A DNA stretch of 64,000 nucleotides from Sphaerodactylus townsendi (lineage: Eukaryota). The notes beneath the pieces were generated by a model, which saw nothing but the letters and a program-made list of their open reading frames with translations, had not been told where the DNA came from and searched no databases. Location: assembly GCF_021028975.2 (NCBI RefSeq), contig NC_059425.1, positions 51,584,001-51,648,000 of the forward strand, read 5' to 3'. The translations under genes were made by a program, and so were the position numbers. Positions 60,760-64,000 of the stretch are shown here, in pieces (the stretch's first letter is position 1; every line of letters begins with the position of its first letter).

Positions 60760-63700
60760 AAAGAGAGTTATCTCTGAAAAATGGTGTTACAGCTAAAACG
60801 GGTTGGGCATAATTTTAATATACACCTTTTTGAGGTGTATTTTCTTCTGCCACTTGTATACAGATAAAACATTCTCCCTTTTTTACCTCAGTATATCAAA
60901 AGCAATCACTTACAGTTCATTTGGTAAATACAAGTAATAAAATACCCATTTATGAAAAACAATCTGGTATAGGGGTTAGAGTACTCTGACATTAAGATGA
61001 CTTTCCACCTATCTGGTGGGGCCAAGACTCGGGTAGAGCACTGCTTTCTACACAGAAGACCCCAGATTCAGTTCCTAGCATAAGTGTTAAGTAGAAGCTG
61101 AGATGAATGACTGAAGTCTCTGGAGAGCCATTGCCAGTCAAAGTGCATAATACTGGCCTTGATATCACAGTAGTCTTATTCGGTCTAAGATAATTGGGAA
61201 TCTCCAGTCTTTTATAGCCTGACCTACCTTACAATGTTGTTGTCAGTGTCACTTGAGCTATATACAGTGTCCTGAGTTCCTTGGAAGTAATGCAGGATAA
61301 AAATAGACAAAAACAATTTTGTGATCTTTTAACCAGCAGCAATAACAAAAAACAGCATTCTTCAGATGTTGAGTTGAGTGTTTTCAGCCAGAAATAGTAT
61401 GATATCCCGCTTATAGTCAAGGATATTGAATTTGAAACCCACTATTTCTTCAACTTCTGTTCCACAAAACAGATTTCTTTTTTTAGCCTTATGAACCCAC
61501 ATCTGATTTGTGTCCCCATGCTGACACCCTCAATATTAAGCAGAGAACTGGAATATTAAATGCACCCCTCGTTGATACAAGCCATGCTGTGTGGATTGGT
61601 TAATTAATGTACCACATAGCCCCTTAAGGAAAATTTCCAGGGTCATGTTTTTGCTGCCTCAGCAACCCAGGATGTTTCAGCTGCTAACCAGTTTCAGATG
61701 CTTTCTGTCTTTCAAGAAAGAACAGCCATTTTGTTCTCAGGGAAAAAAATAATAGTTTTGGAAAGATCTGGCCTTTTAACCAGCTGCTTTGTATTGGGTT
61801 AATGGATGGCTGGAGTGAAGGATTATATCCTCCAAATTCTTCTAAAGTGGCAAAATATTTATTCTGAAGCTGAGATAGCTGACTTGAATGTGTCTTTTGG
61901 GCTCCATCATTTTTATTGAACTGCTGATTGACTCGACTTGATTTAACCTCAAAGTAGCTGTTCTGGCTGAGAAACATCAAGTTAGAGGTTTGTACGTATG
62001 TATACAACCTGCCTGGCCTCCCAGGAGTTGACATAAGTCATATTTTAAATATTTGTAAATGGGACAACTTAGCTGGAGGGATGAAATCTGAGTCTCCAAC
62101 CCCAGTGAAGGCAAACAGAAGGTCTGCTTAATGCAACAAAGAGCAAATGCCACAAAATGGGAGGAAAGAGTTTGCATAAAGAGAGTGGCATATCTGTGAA
62201 TGAAACTGCTTAATGTTTAGGCAGTGTGGATAAAAAACTACATTCCTTTCCTTAGGCCAAAGTTCATCAAGATTTTTTTATATATATTTCTAAGGGCAAA
62301 AAAAATAACTAAGATAAAATGATAAAGAAGTAGAAACCTAATTAGATTTTATTTACCTAGCAGAATGAAATTACATTTCCCCAGACTATTTTCTCCAGCC
62401 AACTAGAAGGAGCAATGGTGGCTTTCGTAAGATGTATGTCTAGTATTGCTGTTTTTAATTTCTAAACAAATGCTGTAAAATTCTGTTTAGTGATATTGCC
62501 AAAGTACATATTTCCTATGTCAGACCTCAATGTCCACTAATAATCTGAGGCAAGCTGTAAAACTTGAGAGTCATTCTGCAACTAGAACTATGGCCCTTTC
62601 CCCACTCACCTTTTGTTGCGCGCTACTCAGGCCAAGTAACGTGGGGTTCCGCAGCACTCCCCACTGCATCCATGGCGGCAACGCAGCCACCCTGATTCTG
62701 CTGCCCTCCTTCTCCCTAACCACGTGTCTTTTCTAATCCTGGAAGAAACTGCAGCTTTTACAAAACCCCGCGCAGAGCGCAAAGCTGTGGGGAAGTCCAG
62801 GGGTGACACCGCATTTCAGGTTCCTGCCACTGGTAGTGACGTGGAGCCTTTTGCCCAATAAGGAAGTAGCTGGGGGGTTTTCCAATTCCTTGGAGGCTGA
62901 GCTGAGGGGAGGGGGCGGAGAGGGGGAGGCGACTTCCATTCAAACATTGCATGTCCGCTCGACCGACTCCGCAGGCACAGCCAGAGTCGCTGCCCCAAGG
63001 AGGCACAAGCAGCCCTGTTTTCTAAAAGCACAGTACATATGCTTGGGTGGGCGGGCGGCTCTCCTTGCAGCCATTAATCAAGTCATTTCGCCTGTCCGCA
63101 GCCGAGGCGAGACATTGGGGTCTTTCTCACTGCAAACTCTTACACAACATTTGCAAAAACCTAAACGGAAAGCTGGGGGGGGGGGTTACAAGCAAAGAAG
63201 AAGCGGCACGCATATAGTAGATACGAGAGATGAATTAGTTTGGGTTAATAAAAACTGTTCTTTCCATTGGTGCATGGTGCATTCAGGAGCGGAGCGAATG
63301 GGGTGCCTAAATTGGGGGCGGGCGGGGGCCTTTTTTCAAAACCGCGGCTGCAAAGCCCCTCTCCTGAAAACGCAGAACCGAACAAATGCCATCCGAGTGT
63401 TTCGTGGGATGGGATCCAAAAACTGACAGTTAAAAAAAGGGGGCCTTTGCGAGGAACCACAAAGAGGCTATTGTGGAGGGTGTGCACGGATGTCTACATG
63501 CCCCACATGTTGCAGTGCCGGCCTTTCAGAGCTGGGCCTCCTGGCTCAGCCCTCGACGAGCCGCCTTGGAAGTAAGCGCGGGCTGCGGATCTCGGCCCTG
63601 CTGGTTTTCCACGGGGGCCAGTCAAATGGAGACTCCGCTGCAGCCTTCCAAATATTGACAGTGGCCGTCGGGCCATTCCCGTTTTCGTTGCTTCCGTACT

Positions 63701-64000
63701 TGTTGTGCAACGAAAAGCTGCCGTGAGAAGCCCAGCAGCCAGCCTCTAACGGAGTTTCTGGGGGTCAGGCAGGGAGGAGGGGGAGCCACATTGGCTCGCA
63801 GGCGATGCTCCACCCCAGGGTCCTTCGCCCGTCCACCCGTCCGCAGCCCCTTCAATTGCTCTTCAGTGGTTGAGCTGCGGAGTTAGGCAGCGCTTCCCTC
63901 ATTCCAATCAGCCCCATTCAGGAGCTCCCTTTGATGCTATTTGTGCTGGAAGGACTCGCCTAGTTTGCCTGCAGCATGATTAATTGAGATGGGGGGCCCT

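Overview
Vertebrate non-coding DNA rich in repeats. The repeat content (Squam3/Squam2-like SINEs, 5S-headed SINEs, CR1, L2, RTE-BovB, Penelope, SPIN) points to a squamate reptile, probably a gecko. I found no intact host protein-coding gene; the window looks intronic or intergenic and has three N-gaps. The recognisable coding content is transposon-derived: CR1, L2, BovB and RTE-X-like LINE fragments, and a 3'-truncated Ngaro/DIRS tyrosine-recombinase retrotransposon at about 13.5-15.9 kb. The most striking object is a complete 1.33-kb non-autonomous Helitron at 43570-44900 (A|TC...hairpin-CTAG|T). It carries a captured, decayed copy of gigaxonin (GAN) exon 1, with upstream sequence and the intron-1 donor site. 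Other notable elements are short hairpin Penelope insertions bearing minimal hammerhead-ribozyme cores, a CpG-rich solo LTR with a 6-bp TSD, a SPIN (horizontally transferred hAT) terminus next to a perfect 57-bp tandem array, and several palindromic PIF/Harbinger-type and hAT MITEs, often nested. Family names come from recalled consensus motifs, not database searches.
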